Source: Azolla caroliniana (lineage: Eukaryota; Plantae; Polypodiophyta). From it: DNA of 64,000 nucleotides. The translations under genes and the position numbers were made by a program. Below are positions 28,126 to 40,927 of the stretch, in pieces. The stretch is taken from the NCBI GenBank assembly GCA_043228905.1, contig JBHGNT010000020.1, forward strand, positions 1,798,001-1,862,000, read 5' to 3'. How positions within the stretch are numbered: the first letter of the stretch is position 1; the number at the start of each line of letters is the position of its first letter. The notes below the pieces were generated by a model that was not told where the DNA came from, ran no database searches, and saw only the letters and a program-made list of their open reading frames with translations.

Positions 28126-29610
28126 GCTTCATATTTAGGGTTTGGACTTTCTATGATGGTGTAGGTTGCATGCATGAAATTAGAGTTTTTTGTGTCTGGT
28201 TTTTCTTGCGGACTAAATGTATCCTGTTAGTTTTTCTAAATATTCAATTACTAGTGTTCTTTGCATTCCAGAGAGAGAGAGAGAGAGAGAGAGCTACCTT
28301 AGATGGGTGAGTAGGACTGCTGCAGGTGTTGCTGAAAGCCTGAATCTATGAGTAGACTGTAGCAGGAAATGAGCAACAAGCTTCGAGTAGGGATAGTTAT
28401 TAGTGAGCACTGAGTTGCGAGCTTCCAGCAAGGTGCAGGGCTGAGGGAGCAACGAAGAAACAGGGGAAAAGGGGAGAAATGGGGGGAGATGGGGGAAAAT
28501 GGGGGAAAGGGGGGGAAAGGGAAAGGAAGGTTTTAGATGGGGAAACGGGGCGGGGGAATTGGGAAGAAAAGATTCATAATTTAGAGTCTAGACTCTATTA
28601 GTTTTTTTACCTTTTCGTTACACACATATGTGAGTCTTTCAAATTCATACACTCCCAATGCAACTTGAACAATTTGTTCCTACTACCTAGGACTATAATA
28701 CTATTGTATTGGTCTTAGTAAAATTTGACGGTATTAGGAAATTTTAAGCCTTCATTTTTACGTTTTCATAAAACATATGCCTGTCAAGATTGACGGTTTC
28801 ATTTTTAAATTAACCTTCATATACGGTTAAATTTGCCAAAAACGTTCAAAACGGCCGTCAAAAGGCAACACTGATTCTAAGTGCTTGTTGTACATAGCAT
28901 AACACATGACTCACAAAATCATTGACATTGGCGAAGACAATAAAGAATAAACATAAGACTAGGAGAAAGGGGGCATAGAATAAACCTTATTCTAGAGCTT
29001 TAGGCCAAATGGCCACCCTAATGTGCTAGGGGACAAACCTTTTGTAAAAGAGGTGTAAATGTCATTTTTGGTGACTTTTTAGCTGCTTCTTGATCCTTGA
29101 GATTTTCTCTCCCCTCATAACCTAAGTGAGAGTTCTCTTTCATGTTTTTGATAATTTACTATAGTGAATTGAGTGATTAAGGTTATGTGCTTCTTAGCCA
29201 AACCTGAATAACTCCTCTTTTTATATGTGTTGTGTGAATTCTTATATTACAATGTATAACATTTAACTTTTATATCTGTGCATGCTTGAAATTTAGAACA
29301 TTATAGGGTATTAAATAGCTTCTAGATTAGAGTTTTGACAAGGAATTGTGAGTGAGAGAGATCATGAGGTTAGAGTTTGCAAAGCCAATGGCCCAACAGT
29401 GACTGACAATCACCCTCACTAGGTTCACCACCAAATTGGTCTATAGTGTCATGTGTATCATGTTGCTTGTGCTACTTGATCGCGACCAACAAAGGAAGAT
29501 GCGATATTGATACAAAAAGATTTCACATGTTCACTCTTAAGGTGCTCATGGAGTGGGTAAGTGCACGTGATTCAATCACCTACTTGTCCAAGTATCGTGA
29601 CCCCTTTTAG

Positions 29611-30351
29611 TGTTAGGAAACAGGTCCCTCCGGATGGGAAGTGAGAAGAACAATGTTCATGAGCAAACTCGGCCGAGGCCGAAACCGGATGTGGAGGACC
29701 CAGCAACGGAAGACCCGGTGAGAACCGGATGTGGAGGACCCGACAACGGAAGATCCGGTGAGAACCGGATGTGGAGGACCCGGCAATGGAAAACCCGGTG
29801 AGAACCGGATGTGGTGTACCCGGCAACGGAAGGCCCTGTGAGAACCGGATGACGAGTACCCGGCAAGAGCCGGATGGTGAAGGCCCGGTGAGAAGTGCTC
29901 ACCGGATGAAGAGACATATTCGTAAATATGTTTCCTGAGAGTCCATCGAGGCTATACTTTAAATAGACGAAAAGTCATATTAGTATAAATATGACTTAGG
30001 GCAAACTTTTGTTGTGGTTGTCATTCTTGTTGGCGAAAGATTAGTGTGCATAACTGTGTACAGAGTGAGAGAGAAAGAGGAAGAGGTCGTTGCCTCTATT
30101 GTAACCGCCGCCTGTGGCGAAGATAGCAAGCTCGAGGTCGTTGCCTCGGTGCTTTACTATTGTACATTGTGATATAGCGATAGTTTGCAGTCTGTGGGCT
30201 GCCGTGGTTTTTCCCTAGTTTGGGCTTTCCACGTTAACATCCCGTGTACTCTTCTCTTCATTGTGTCGTGCGTACCTTACCTGTTTTCTGTGTTTGATCC
30301 TAGACTCGGTTGTGGCCGAGCATTATGCTTAGGGAGCGTGTATTCCTGTCA
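29611..30351 (+). mobile_element. Solo LTR containing a 40-bp tandem array
   Basis: TG...CA ends with 5-bp TSD TTTAG (29606-29610, 30352-30356). TATAAAT at ~29984. About 5 copies of a 40-bp unit (ccggat at 29685, 29725, 29765, 29805, 29845). Confidence 0.8.
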
Positions 30352-30513
30352 TTTAGTGCATTTCATTTCTCGCGTTAGGATCTCTTGTTGTGGGGTCTCT
30401 CGGGCTCCTTTCATGCACTGCCTTGATTTGATGGCTCTAGTAGAAAACTCGGTTCGTGATTTTGAGACAAAAGGTTGAGACAAATGCTCGAGTTGAGCAC
30501 TCCATTCCAAAGG

Positions 30514-31090
30514 TGTTGCTAGGGCAAATCGACTATAATATAGAACTTAAAGTAATAGTCGTAAAATAATAGTAAGTTATGGGTCGGAAATGGGGCAAGT
30601 GTGAATAGGTAAGTCGGAAATAGAATAGTCGAAAGACCGAGTAGGAAGTTAGAACTGTTTTATGTTTCTTGCCGAATGGCAGTTTTGTAGTTCTTGACAA
30701 GTTGCCTGTGTCACCTATATAAAGGAATGCAGAGCATTGTAAAAAGTATCGATCTATAAGCATAAATATAAGTTTTAGTTTAGACTACTCTGAGTTTCTA
30801 TTATTCAGTTGTTCTGTGGGTCGTATGACCAGAGAGAGAGAGAGAGTACTTCTATATACAGTCGATCCTAAGTTAAGTGTGGTTATGTTTAAATTACATC
30901 TGTGAGTAATAATGATAAAAGGGTGTTTAGAGGTGAAGAATATTAGAGAGTGACACGTAATTAGAGTGGAGTCAAAAGTAAAGAACTGGCAACCATCAAA
31001 TCCATATCTCCCATCACAATTCCCTTGATAGAGCGACTTAGAGAGTAAGTTGTTTGACCCTTTGTGTTGTCAACCAAGAAGGTGATAACA
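30514..31090. mobile_element. Solo LTR
   Basis: TGTTG...TAACA ends with 5-bp TSD AAAGG (30509-30513, 31091-31095). No coding content. Confidence 0.78.
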
Positions 31091-32325
31091 AAAGGTCGGG
31101 TTGAGGGATCCCCTTGTGCTTTTCGATTGCATTTTGGCTAGTTTGTGAGTGTAAATAAATAGGGAAATCCCTAATTATTTAGGCAAAAACAATGTGTTGT
31201 GTGGATGAACTGGACCATCATGGGGAGAGTTCCAAGTATGCTTGCACATGCCAAGTTGACGAAGACCTTTTCGGGATGAGGCATTGATGACGATTGTTTA
31301 TGTGATAAACAGATCACCCTTGGTTCCCTTAGATGGTGATGTCCCACAGAGAGTGTGGACCGGCAAAGACAATGTATAATATCGACATTTGAGGGTGTTC
31401 GGTTGTCTCGCCTATGTGCATGTAGCAAAGGACCAAAGGGGGAAATTGGATCCTAAGACTTGGCCATGCATATTCCTAGGGTACGGTGAAGAAGAGTTCG
31501 GTTATCGATTGTGGGACTCAGTTGACAAGAAGGTGATTCGGAGCCGAGATATCGGCTTTATGGAAGAAAAGATGATTTCCAACTAGGAGATGGAGAAGAC
31601 TGGGTTGGCCTCCCAGTTGACCGAGAATAGGTCTCCAACTACCAATTTGAGCAAGTTGATGATCGACCGAATTAGACAGAAGTCGAGATAGCCAAAGTTG
31701 GATATGAACTAGTCGGCCGAGTAGATAGTTGGCAAAGTCAAGAGTTGACTTAGGAGCATAGGGAGGCGACCGATACGAGATGTTTGACAGGCACACAAGG
31801 AGAGCCGATTGGAAGAAGACAGTTTGCCTAATGTGGATCCGAATCCGATTCGGATGAAGAGCTAACTGAAGAGGTTGAATAGGAGCCGATTGCATCAAAT
31901 GGAGGCATGAGATATCCTGTGTGAGAGAGAAGAGTCCCTCGTAGATTGTCGGACGAAGAACGTGTACTCTTAACCGATGAGGGGGAGTTGGAAAGCTTCG
32001 AGGAAGCTAAGAAAGATGCCCACAACAAAGAGTGGTTACATGCCATGCAAGACGAGATGGATTCCTTGCATGAGAACCACACGTATGGATTGACCGAGCT
32101 GCCGAAAGGAAAGAAGGCACTCCGAAACAAGTGGGTATACAAACTGATGCCAGGAGAAGGTGGGAATCCATCTAGATACAAAGCCCAAATCGTGGTGAAG
32201 GGCTTCCAGTAGAAAAAGGGTGTGGATTTTGACGAAATATTTGCCTTGATAGTGAAGATGACATCCATCCCAGTGGTGTTGGGCATAACGGTCAACATGG
32301 ACCTTGAAGTGGAACAGCTGGATGT

Positions 32326-32509
32326 TGTAAACGTAAGTGTTTGCGGAAGCGTAAAACAGAGAACAACAGAGAGAGAAAGAAAGAAAGAAAGAAAGATATA
32401 TTAACGTCTTCTAAGGCCAAAATTGGCCCATGAGACAAATGGTTTACAACAAAAATGGGATATTTACCCATTCATCGAAGTAAAAATAAAAATAAGATGA
32501 AAAATAGAG

Positions 32510-32552
<43 letters not shown>

Positions 32553-35500
32553 AGAACGTAATTTCAAAAATTATATCAAGGCTCTGTCATACACACTGTG
32601 CTAAGTAGCACTATTTATACAAGTCCTCTTGGGACTGACAGAAGTACCATGTACTTCAATGCTCACACGAGCATCTGACAGTTACTACGAGACTATAGAT
32701 ACCTAGTAGTCTATCCTATTCTAGGCTTCCGATTGGACTGCCGGTTACGGATTGCACCCGGCCTCCACTGCTTTCCGGTTCGGTTGCTCACCGTCATACC
32801 GATCCGTTTCGCCCGATCTGTCTCGCTTACCGGCTCCGGTTTATTCAGCCGATCCGGCTCCGGTTGAGCTTGCCGCTCAACACTCCCCCTCAAGCTCAAC
32901 CTGAGGTGGGGTCGTAGTGTCGACCTTTGTGGCAGTCGGTTCTTCCAACCGACTTCTCCTGGCGTCACTCCGCCTTGCTCGCGCTCCTCGTCCGGTCCGG
33001 TCCCGTTTGCCGCGACCCCTTTGGTTCTACGCGCCTCGACCCTCTCGGTCGGTATGTCTGCTCAATAGGCCCATCTCAGCAGTCACGTTGCTGTGACTCC
33101 GGCACTTGCCGATCCGTCGGTTCTCCCACGATGGCATCGACTTCCGTTGTGTCCGTGTCCCCTTGGCCTTCAGTCGATCCGTCTCATCCGGATCCATCTG
33201 TTGATCCGAGTCAGCTGTCTCCGACTCGTTCCAGCTCTTGTCCGAATCGGTACACCCCGATTCGACTTCCGGCGTCAGGCCTCTCACCACATCGGACCAC
33301 TTCCGAGTCTTGGCCTTCTCCATGCTTCCCTCGGCTTCTTCAGCCGGTGAACCGAAATCGAATTCTTCATTCGACTCTGTATCATGGTCAGTACCATCGT
33401 GATGACCTCCGCACAACATGCACTTCTCTTCCTGAGTGCACAACTCTTCTTCACAGCCGCTTCCTCCGACCTGTTCGGATGTGTCGACTTCCTTCGTTGA
33501 CTCGGCTTCCTTCAGCTTCTTGTCTCCTCTTACCGACGGGTTCAACAAGTTTTTGGCCTTTGCCCGTTTCGGTAGAGACTTTGCCCTTGCTTCTCCCCCT
33601 CAAGTGCGGCACGTCGAGATGCTGAATACCAAGCATGTCGGTAAAGTGCTGCAACTTGTCCGATCCGAGCGGCTTGGTGAAGATGTCGGCAATTTGCCGA
33701 TCCGTATGAACATACCGTAGGTCAACTTCACCGCTTAGGACCCGCTCACGCACGAAGTGGTAGTGCACCTCGATGTGCTTTGTGCGAGCATGGAACACAG
33801 GGTTCCTGGCGAGCTGCAGGCTGCTCATCTTATCGCAGTAAATCGGGATCGGGGTCGGCACCTCGATCCGCAAGTCTCGCAGCAGTCGCCGAAGCCAGAT
33901 GGCTTCACAAGTGGCAACGGTAGCGGCCTGGTACTCAGCCTCAGTGCTTGACAAAGCCACTGTGGGCTGCTTCTTGCTGCTCCACGCAATGACCGCACTA
34001 CCTATGGAGAACATGTATCCGGAAGTGGAGCGGCGATCAGACGCATCGTCGGCCCAGTCAGCATCGGTGTAACCGACAAGCTCTTCGGGTATACCTCGCC
34101 GGTATAGCAGTCCCCGGTCCTTAGTGCCGCTGACATACCGTAATATTCTTTGCGCGCACTGAAGGTGCTCCACGATCGGCTTCTGCATGAACTGACTTAC
34201 CATCCGATCGGATAGCTGATGTCGGGTCGGGTGATGGTTAAGTAGATCAGGCTTCCGACAACCTGTCGGAACCGTTTCTCATTGCAGGCCGGTCCGGAGT
34301 TGGGACGGAGCTTCTGGTTTCGGTCCAGGGGTGTGGAGACAGGTCGGCAATCCGTCATGCCGAACTTATACAACATATTCAACACGTAATGTCGTTGTGA
34401 GAGCAATATGCCGTCGGGGGTCTGGATCACTTCGATCCCAAGAAAATAATGAAGGTCCCCCAGGTCCTTCATTTCGAATGCGTCCGACAACTGGGACTTG
34501 ACGCGGTTGATTTCGGGAAGACCCGGTCCGGTGATGACTAAATCATCCACATACAAGAGTATACATACCGGACCGTCAGAGCCTTGCCGGATGAATAACG
34601 AAGAGTCTGACTTAGAGACAGCAAACCCCAGCTTACGCAACCGGTGCGTGATCTTCGCGTTCCAAGCTCGGGGGGCTTGCTTCAAGCCGTAAAGCGACTT
34701 CTTCAGTCGGCATACCGTCGACTTGTTCATCTCCGAGTGAAATCCGGGGGGCTGAGTCATAAAGACTTCTTCTTCAAGCTCTCCTTGAAGGAAGGCGTTC
34801 GTCACATCCATCTGGTGAAGATGCCACCCCCTTGTCGCAGCAACCGCCAGTACCACACGAACCGTCGTCATCTTCGCCACAGGAGCGAAGGTCTCATCGT
34901 AGTCGATTCCGTGGGTCTGCGCGTATCCCTTCGCCACTAACCGGGCTTTGTACCGGTTAACAGAACCGTCGACGTTGTACTTGACCTTGTACACCCACTT
35001 GCATCCGATCGGTTTACAGTGACGGGGAGGATCAACTAGGTCCCAAGTTTCGTTGGCATCGAGTGCCCGCATTTCTTCGTCCATAGCGGCACGCCAATTT
35101 GCGTCCTTTGCCGCTTCTGCGTAGCTCTCCGGCTCGCGCACTTCTGTCACCTTAGTCATGTACGCATAATGATGCACCATGTATTCATTGTACCCGTACC
35201 GCACGACGGGATCCTTCTGACGGGTTGATCGGCGCAACGCACTGTCACCTGATGTGAGGCCCTTCTTGGCCAGTTCGGTCTTCGTTGCCGAAGATCTGCC
35301 TTTCTCCTTTCCGGAGTCGGATACGCACTGATCCGACTCATCGATGCCGGTTTCGAATTCCGACATCTTCCTTTTCCCTTTCTCTTTGCGCGTGAACCAT
35401 TTCCTCGGTTCCTTGCGCGGGGAGAGCACGACAGAGTCTCCACCACTTGCCGTCTCTTCATCCGACTGGTCCAACTGACTCAGTCGCTTGTTCGGTCCAC

Positions 35501-38035
35501 TCAACTGTAACGATTCCGGACTCTCATCTTGAGTCCCTGCATCATCATCCTCTGCCAGTGGCTGATTCAGGCTCACTGGCCTGATCTTCCGACATTGGGT
35601 CGGGATCGGAAGTTGGAGTCGGTACGGAGTACCAGGATGCCGATTCATCGAACTCGACATCCCGGCTAACTCGGACTTCCTTCGTCCGGGGGTTATAGCA
35701 CTTATACCCCTTTTGATCTTGAGCATAGCCGACTAGGATGCATTTTTCCAATTTTGCATCCAGCTTCCTCCGCTTCTGATCCGGCACATGCACATACGCT
35801 ATGCTGCCGAAAATCCGAAGGTGTCTTAAGTTCGGCTTGCGCCCAAAATACAGCTCATGAGCTGACACCTTGTCACCAATGCAGTTTTGTATGTAGACGG
35901 CCGTCTGGACCGCCTCCGCCCAGTAGAACCGGGGCATGCTCTTCTCCTCCAGCATTGTCCTTGCCGCTTCGACGAGTGTCCGGTTCTTCCTTTCGGCCAC
36001 ACCGTTTTGCTCCGGTGTGTATCTACAGCTGAACTCTCGCCGAATTCCCTTTTGCTGCAGATAACGAGTGAATTGGCCGGAAAAATATTCCTTTCCGCCA
36101 TCCGACCGAAGGCATTTGATCTTCCTCTCCGATTCCCGTTCCACCATCTTCTGGAGGCTCCGGAAACAGTCGAAGACTTCGCTCTTCCGCTCAATGAGGT
36201 AGATCCAAGTATGCCGAGTATAGTCGTCGATGAAGGAGACGAAGTATCGGCTCCCGCCAAGGCTTACACTTTGTGCCGGTCCCCACACATCCGAATGGAT
36301 GAGATCGAGCTTGTTACGGCTCCGGTTCCGTTCGGTGGGGAATGGAAGCCGGTGTTGCTTCCCAAGTTGGCAGGCTTCACAAATTTCGTCTCTCCGGCCG
36401 CTGAACTTCAGCAAACCGAAAACGACTTGTTTCGTTTGCAGATCTTGAAGCCTCCGGTAGTTGACGTGGCCTATCCGCTTGTGCCACAGGTCGATGTCCG
36501 ACTCGACCTTCTGTCGTTTCGCGAATAGAGCGGTGCCAAAGTCATTGGTGTTGAGGATAAACATCCTCCCGTCTCTGCGCCCTTGCGCAATGACTTCGCC
36601 CTCATCCTCAATGAAGCACCCGAGGTGCGTAAACCGCACCTGCATCCCCTGGTCGACAATCTGACCGATGGACACCAGGTTCTTCGTGATCGTCGGAACG
36701 TGTAACACGTTCATCAGCTTCCCTTTTTGTCCGATGTGGCTTAGAGGGACTTCTCCGACGTGCACGATTGGGTGAGGAGTGTCGTCTCCGGTTTCGACTA
36801 CTCCTGGTTGATCCGGTCTCTCCAGAAAGGAGAACCACTCTTTATGGCTCGTCATGTGGTTCGACGCGCCGGAATCAACATACCACACTTCCTCCGATTT
36901 GGAAGTGGTCTTCTTCATTGAGTTTGCCTTGTGATTCATCACCAAGGCTGGCCCCTTACCGGCCTTTCCGGTTCCGGATCCTCCTGATCCATTTGCGTAG
37001 TGCGAGTTTTGCCGGCCATCCTTACCGGCCTTGCCGGATCCGGATTTGTCCGAATCGGCACGCTTTCTCCAGCACTCACTTTCCCTGTGGCCTTTTTTGC
37101 CACAATACCAGCATTCCGTAGCGGATTTGTCTTGCCGGCCTCCGGCACCGCCTTGACTCCCCCCGCTTGTGGAAGTCCCGGAACTGCTGTCGGCACACTC
37201 ATAGTGCCTCCGTTCCTGCTCTTGCCGGCCGCCTCCATTGCGTGCCGACCCACCTCTTCCACCACGCCCACAGTGCCGATCCGTTCCCGTGTACAACATT
37301 CGGCTGTCCGGGGATGCACTGGTAGATGCACCGGCGTGGTTCTCCTCTACAAGGAGCATCGACTGTAAGTCGAAGAATGAGGGGGTATTCTCCCTTGTAC
37401 ACACCGCAGTCCGGAACGCTCCGAACTTGGACGCCAGGCCTCCGAGACATACCTGCACCATCTCGTCTTCCTCTACGGTAACATTGATAGAGGCGAGTGA
37501 GTCGCAAATCTCCTTTATTCGGCCCGTGTAGTCTGCCACGGACATGTTCTTCTGTCGAACATTGCTCAACTCCTGTCTGAGTTGCAGCTTCCGGGCAGTG
37601 GTGCTTGCGGCGAAAACCTTTTTCAGGTTCCCCCAAGCATCCTTTGGTGTCTTGGCATCACGGATGTGGCTGAGCAGCTGATCGCTGACACTGGATGCGA
37701 AGCAGTACATCACCCTGCTTGCCGCCTGTTCCCATACCGAGAAGTCCTTGTGTGCCGAGTCTGGCACCGCATCATTCGCTCCTTCGACATAACTCCAGTA
37801 CCCGTGTCCAAGCAGGTACTGGTGCATCTTGTAAGACCAGGATGCGTAGTTGCTCCTGTCGAGCTTTTCCACCGGGAGCGACGTAGCCATGCCTCTATCC
37901 ATGTCTTCTACTGTGTCTGTTTTCGACATGTTAGGGTTTTCTTCTCAAGAGTAAATGTCTGCAGCAGAGGTTCTCAACCCTCGCGCTCTGATACCATGTA
38001 AACGTAAGTGTTTGCGAAAGCGTAAAACAGAGAAC

Positions 38036-38079
<44 letters not shown>

Positions 38080-38409
38080 AGAACGTAATTTCAAAAATTA
38101 TATCAAGGCTCTGTCATACACACTGTGCTAAGTAGCACTATTTATACAAGTCCTCTTGGGACTGACAGAAGTACCATGTACTTCAATGCTCACACGAGCA
38201 TCTGACACTTACTACGAGACTATAGATACCTAGTAGTCTATCCTATTCTAGGCTTCCGATTGGACTGCTGGTTACGGATTGCACCCGGCCTCCACTGCTT
38301 TCCGGTTCGGTTGCTCACCGTCATACCGATCCGTTTCGCCCGATCCGTCTCGCTTACCGGCTCCGGCTTATTCAGCCGATCCGGCTCCGGTTGAGCTTGC
38401 CGCTCAACA
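32326..38409 (-). mobile_element. Full-length, recent Ty1/copia element A
   Basis: TSD GATGT (32321-32325, 38410-38414). 5' LTR 37997-38409, 3' LTR 32326-32882, about 5 substitutions by eye plus one ~136-bp insertion. PBS (rc tggtatcagagc) 37985-37996. PPT (rc cttgagggggag) 32883-32894. Confidence 0.97.
33451..37929 (-). pseudogene. copia A gag-pol with two frameshifts (~35560, ~34200)
   Basis: Gag, CWYCGKKGHRESEC knuckle, WYVDSGAS protease, GAG-pre-integrase, LRSDGGKEY integrase, QMDVTNAFLQG/YVDD RT, YTDADWA/ADIFTKPL RNase H across three overlapping ORFs. Confidence 0.93.
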
Positions 38410-40927
38410 GATGTCAAGACAACATTTCTGCCGGGAGACCTTGAAGAAGAAATCTACATGCAACAACTGGAAGGATTCGTGGAGAAGGGAAATGAAAATC
38501 TGGTATGCCAGCTAAAGAAGTGTTGTATGAACTGAAGCAAGCGCCCCAACAATGGTATCGAAAGTTCGAATCCTTCATGGCCAACCAAGGGTACCACAAG
38601 ACGCAGATTGATCACTGCGTTTTTGTGAAGAAGCACGACGGGGGAGACTTCCTCATCCTCTTGTTGTACGTGGACGACATGCTGATTGTTAGACAGGACC
38701 TGAAGAAAATCGGAATCCTAAAAAAGGCCTTGAGTAGGTCTTTTACAATGAAGGATATGGGTTCGGCAAAGCAAATCCTAGGAATGCATATTGTCTGGGA
38801 CAGGACAAAGAGGTTGTTGTGGCTGTCACAAGAGAAGTATGTAACAAATGGCTGTCACATGCAGAAGACGGAGCCGGTCTCAACATTGCCGACAAACAAC
38901 AAGTTATCCGAAAGCCAATGTTGGAAATTGAAAATGGAGAGAGCTGAGATGAGCAAGGTCCCCTAGGCCTCAACTGTTGGAAGCTTGATGTATTTGATGG
39001 TCTGCACCAAACCAAACATTCGATAGGCGGTCAGATTAGTCAGTCGGTATATGAGCAATCTTGGAAGAGAGCATTGGGCTGCGGTGAAGTGGATACTCTA
39101 GTACCTGAGAGGCACCTCGTGCGTGTGTCTCTGATTTGGCTTAGGTAACCCCATACTAGAAGGCTTTACTAACTTTGACATGTCAGCTGATGTGGATACA
39201 TGTCGATCCACGTTCGGGTACGTAATGACATATGCAGGGGGAGGCGTCTCGTGGCAATCGAGGTTGCAGAAGGCTGTGGCGTTGTCGACCACAAAAGCGG
39301 AGTATATGGCTATTGTTGAAGCTGGCAAGGAGATAATTTGGATGAAGGACTTTATCGGTGAGTTGGGAATTCGGCAAGAGAAATTCCGACTCCACTACGA
39401 CAATCAAAGTGCCATCAAGTTGGTGAAACTAGGGAGCTTGTTGATTTTGTCGACGAGCTATTTGAGGACCCTATCATTACTAGCCTATGTGTAGTAGATA
39501 TTACTGCACAAATTTTGTAGGGGAGTTCTCAAAAGGAAGAAGATGAGAGTAGTGTGGAGACTGTCACAACTATGTGATATGTTCAAATTGATATATTAAT
39601 GTTCACGTCTAAGTTTGACAATTTTTACAATTTATGAATATTGTCTACATTTTTGGACTTGTGAATTTATCAAAATTGTTTATGAATTGTCTACATTTCT
39701 TGAGTTGTGAATTTATGGATGTTGATGATCACTAAATTTATAGGTGATGACACTAAGGATTATAGTGTTACCTCTTATACTTAAAAACATTTTCAAGACT
39801 AACAATTGATGTCACTTCCACTTCTGGAACCTACATCTCCTCAAGATGGTGAAACCATTAATCGTAACTTGTGTCTTGAGTTAACCATTGTGCTTTTCTT
39901 TAAGTTAACTACATTTTATATTTGTAGACAATCAATGTTTAAATATTTATTGAGAAAATATTAGAAATCATCATTTTGACACTTGTTAAATCTCAAAAAA
40001 TCAACAAATTTTATATGCTATTTAAAGCATGTGATACTGGTGTATCAAGTTTTTGAAAATTGCCTAAAATTGCAAGATTATAAAAGGAATCTATAAGTGG
40101 ATTGTGTGATCCTTCCACTTGTGAACGTGGACGTGTTTGTAGCATTTACATGTGGAGATACCAACACTTACCCCATTTGTCAATTAGACACTAAAGAGCT
40201 TAAAAGCACTCAAAGTAAAGATTGTAAATTTGTAGTGTGATGTCTCTAAGTTGCAGACAATCAAATAGAGGTTGCCTGAGGGATTGCTTAAAGAAGCTAA
40301 CTTCATGCAGTTGATTTCGATCAAAGACATTATTATTGCGGGTTGTCCAAATGGTCCAGAGTGCCTAAAATCGTGTCCATTGGAGAAAATAGGCATTGTT
40401 AGATAGGGCACACAGAATTTGTCCAAATATCCAAAAGTGTTTACCAAACCTTCAGCCAGGAAATCTGTGATAAAGAGATGCACTTAGTCTTTGTACAAAT
40501 GTTGTAGTGAATGAGCAAGTCCATAATAAGTATGGGATTGTTTCCAATCACCCACCACATCTTGCACAATGTGGTGAGGCTATCGATCTCTTTTGAAGAT
40601 TCGACCCAATCAGGAGCACATCCAATAGGCATCTCCATAGTAATACTCGTTGCTTAAGTGGAAGACTAGAGCTCCGTAAGCTTGTAAGTTTGTTTTTCCA
40701 CCAGGTCTGCGTTTTGTGTAGGTTCCATAATGCATTTGCATGTTTGTGAAACCATGGGACAAGTTGCAACAACATATACATTGAATGTGTTGTAATGTTA
40801 TGCATTGGAATAACAATGTTCCCTTTTTGTAACATCCAATCCTAAATCTTGCGATCTCCATCTAGAGGTGGCACAGGTACTAAGGAAAGTACCAACTCTA
40901 TGACTTGATTCCAGATAACACGATGAT

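Larger units (their letters stand above)
31185..39425 (+). pseudogene. Old copia (Tnt1/Tork-like) integrase-RT-RNase H remnant, split by a younger copia at 32326-38409
   Basis: RVFGCLAYVHV, HENHTYGLTELPKGKKALRNKWV, LEVEQLDV | (insertion) | KTTF, LLLYVDDML, VSWQSRLQKAVALSTT. Many stops; own LTRs not identified. Confidence 0.88.

Noticed and set aside
29683-29870. CRISPR-like appearance of the 40-bp array (and the 75-bp array)
   Set aside because: Head-to-tail repeats with no unique spacers, no cas genes, eukaryotic context.
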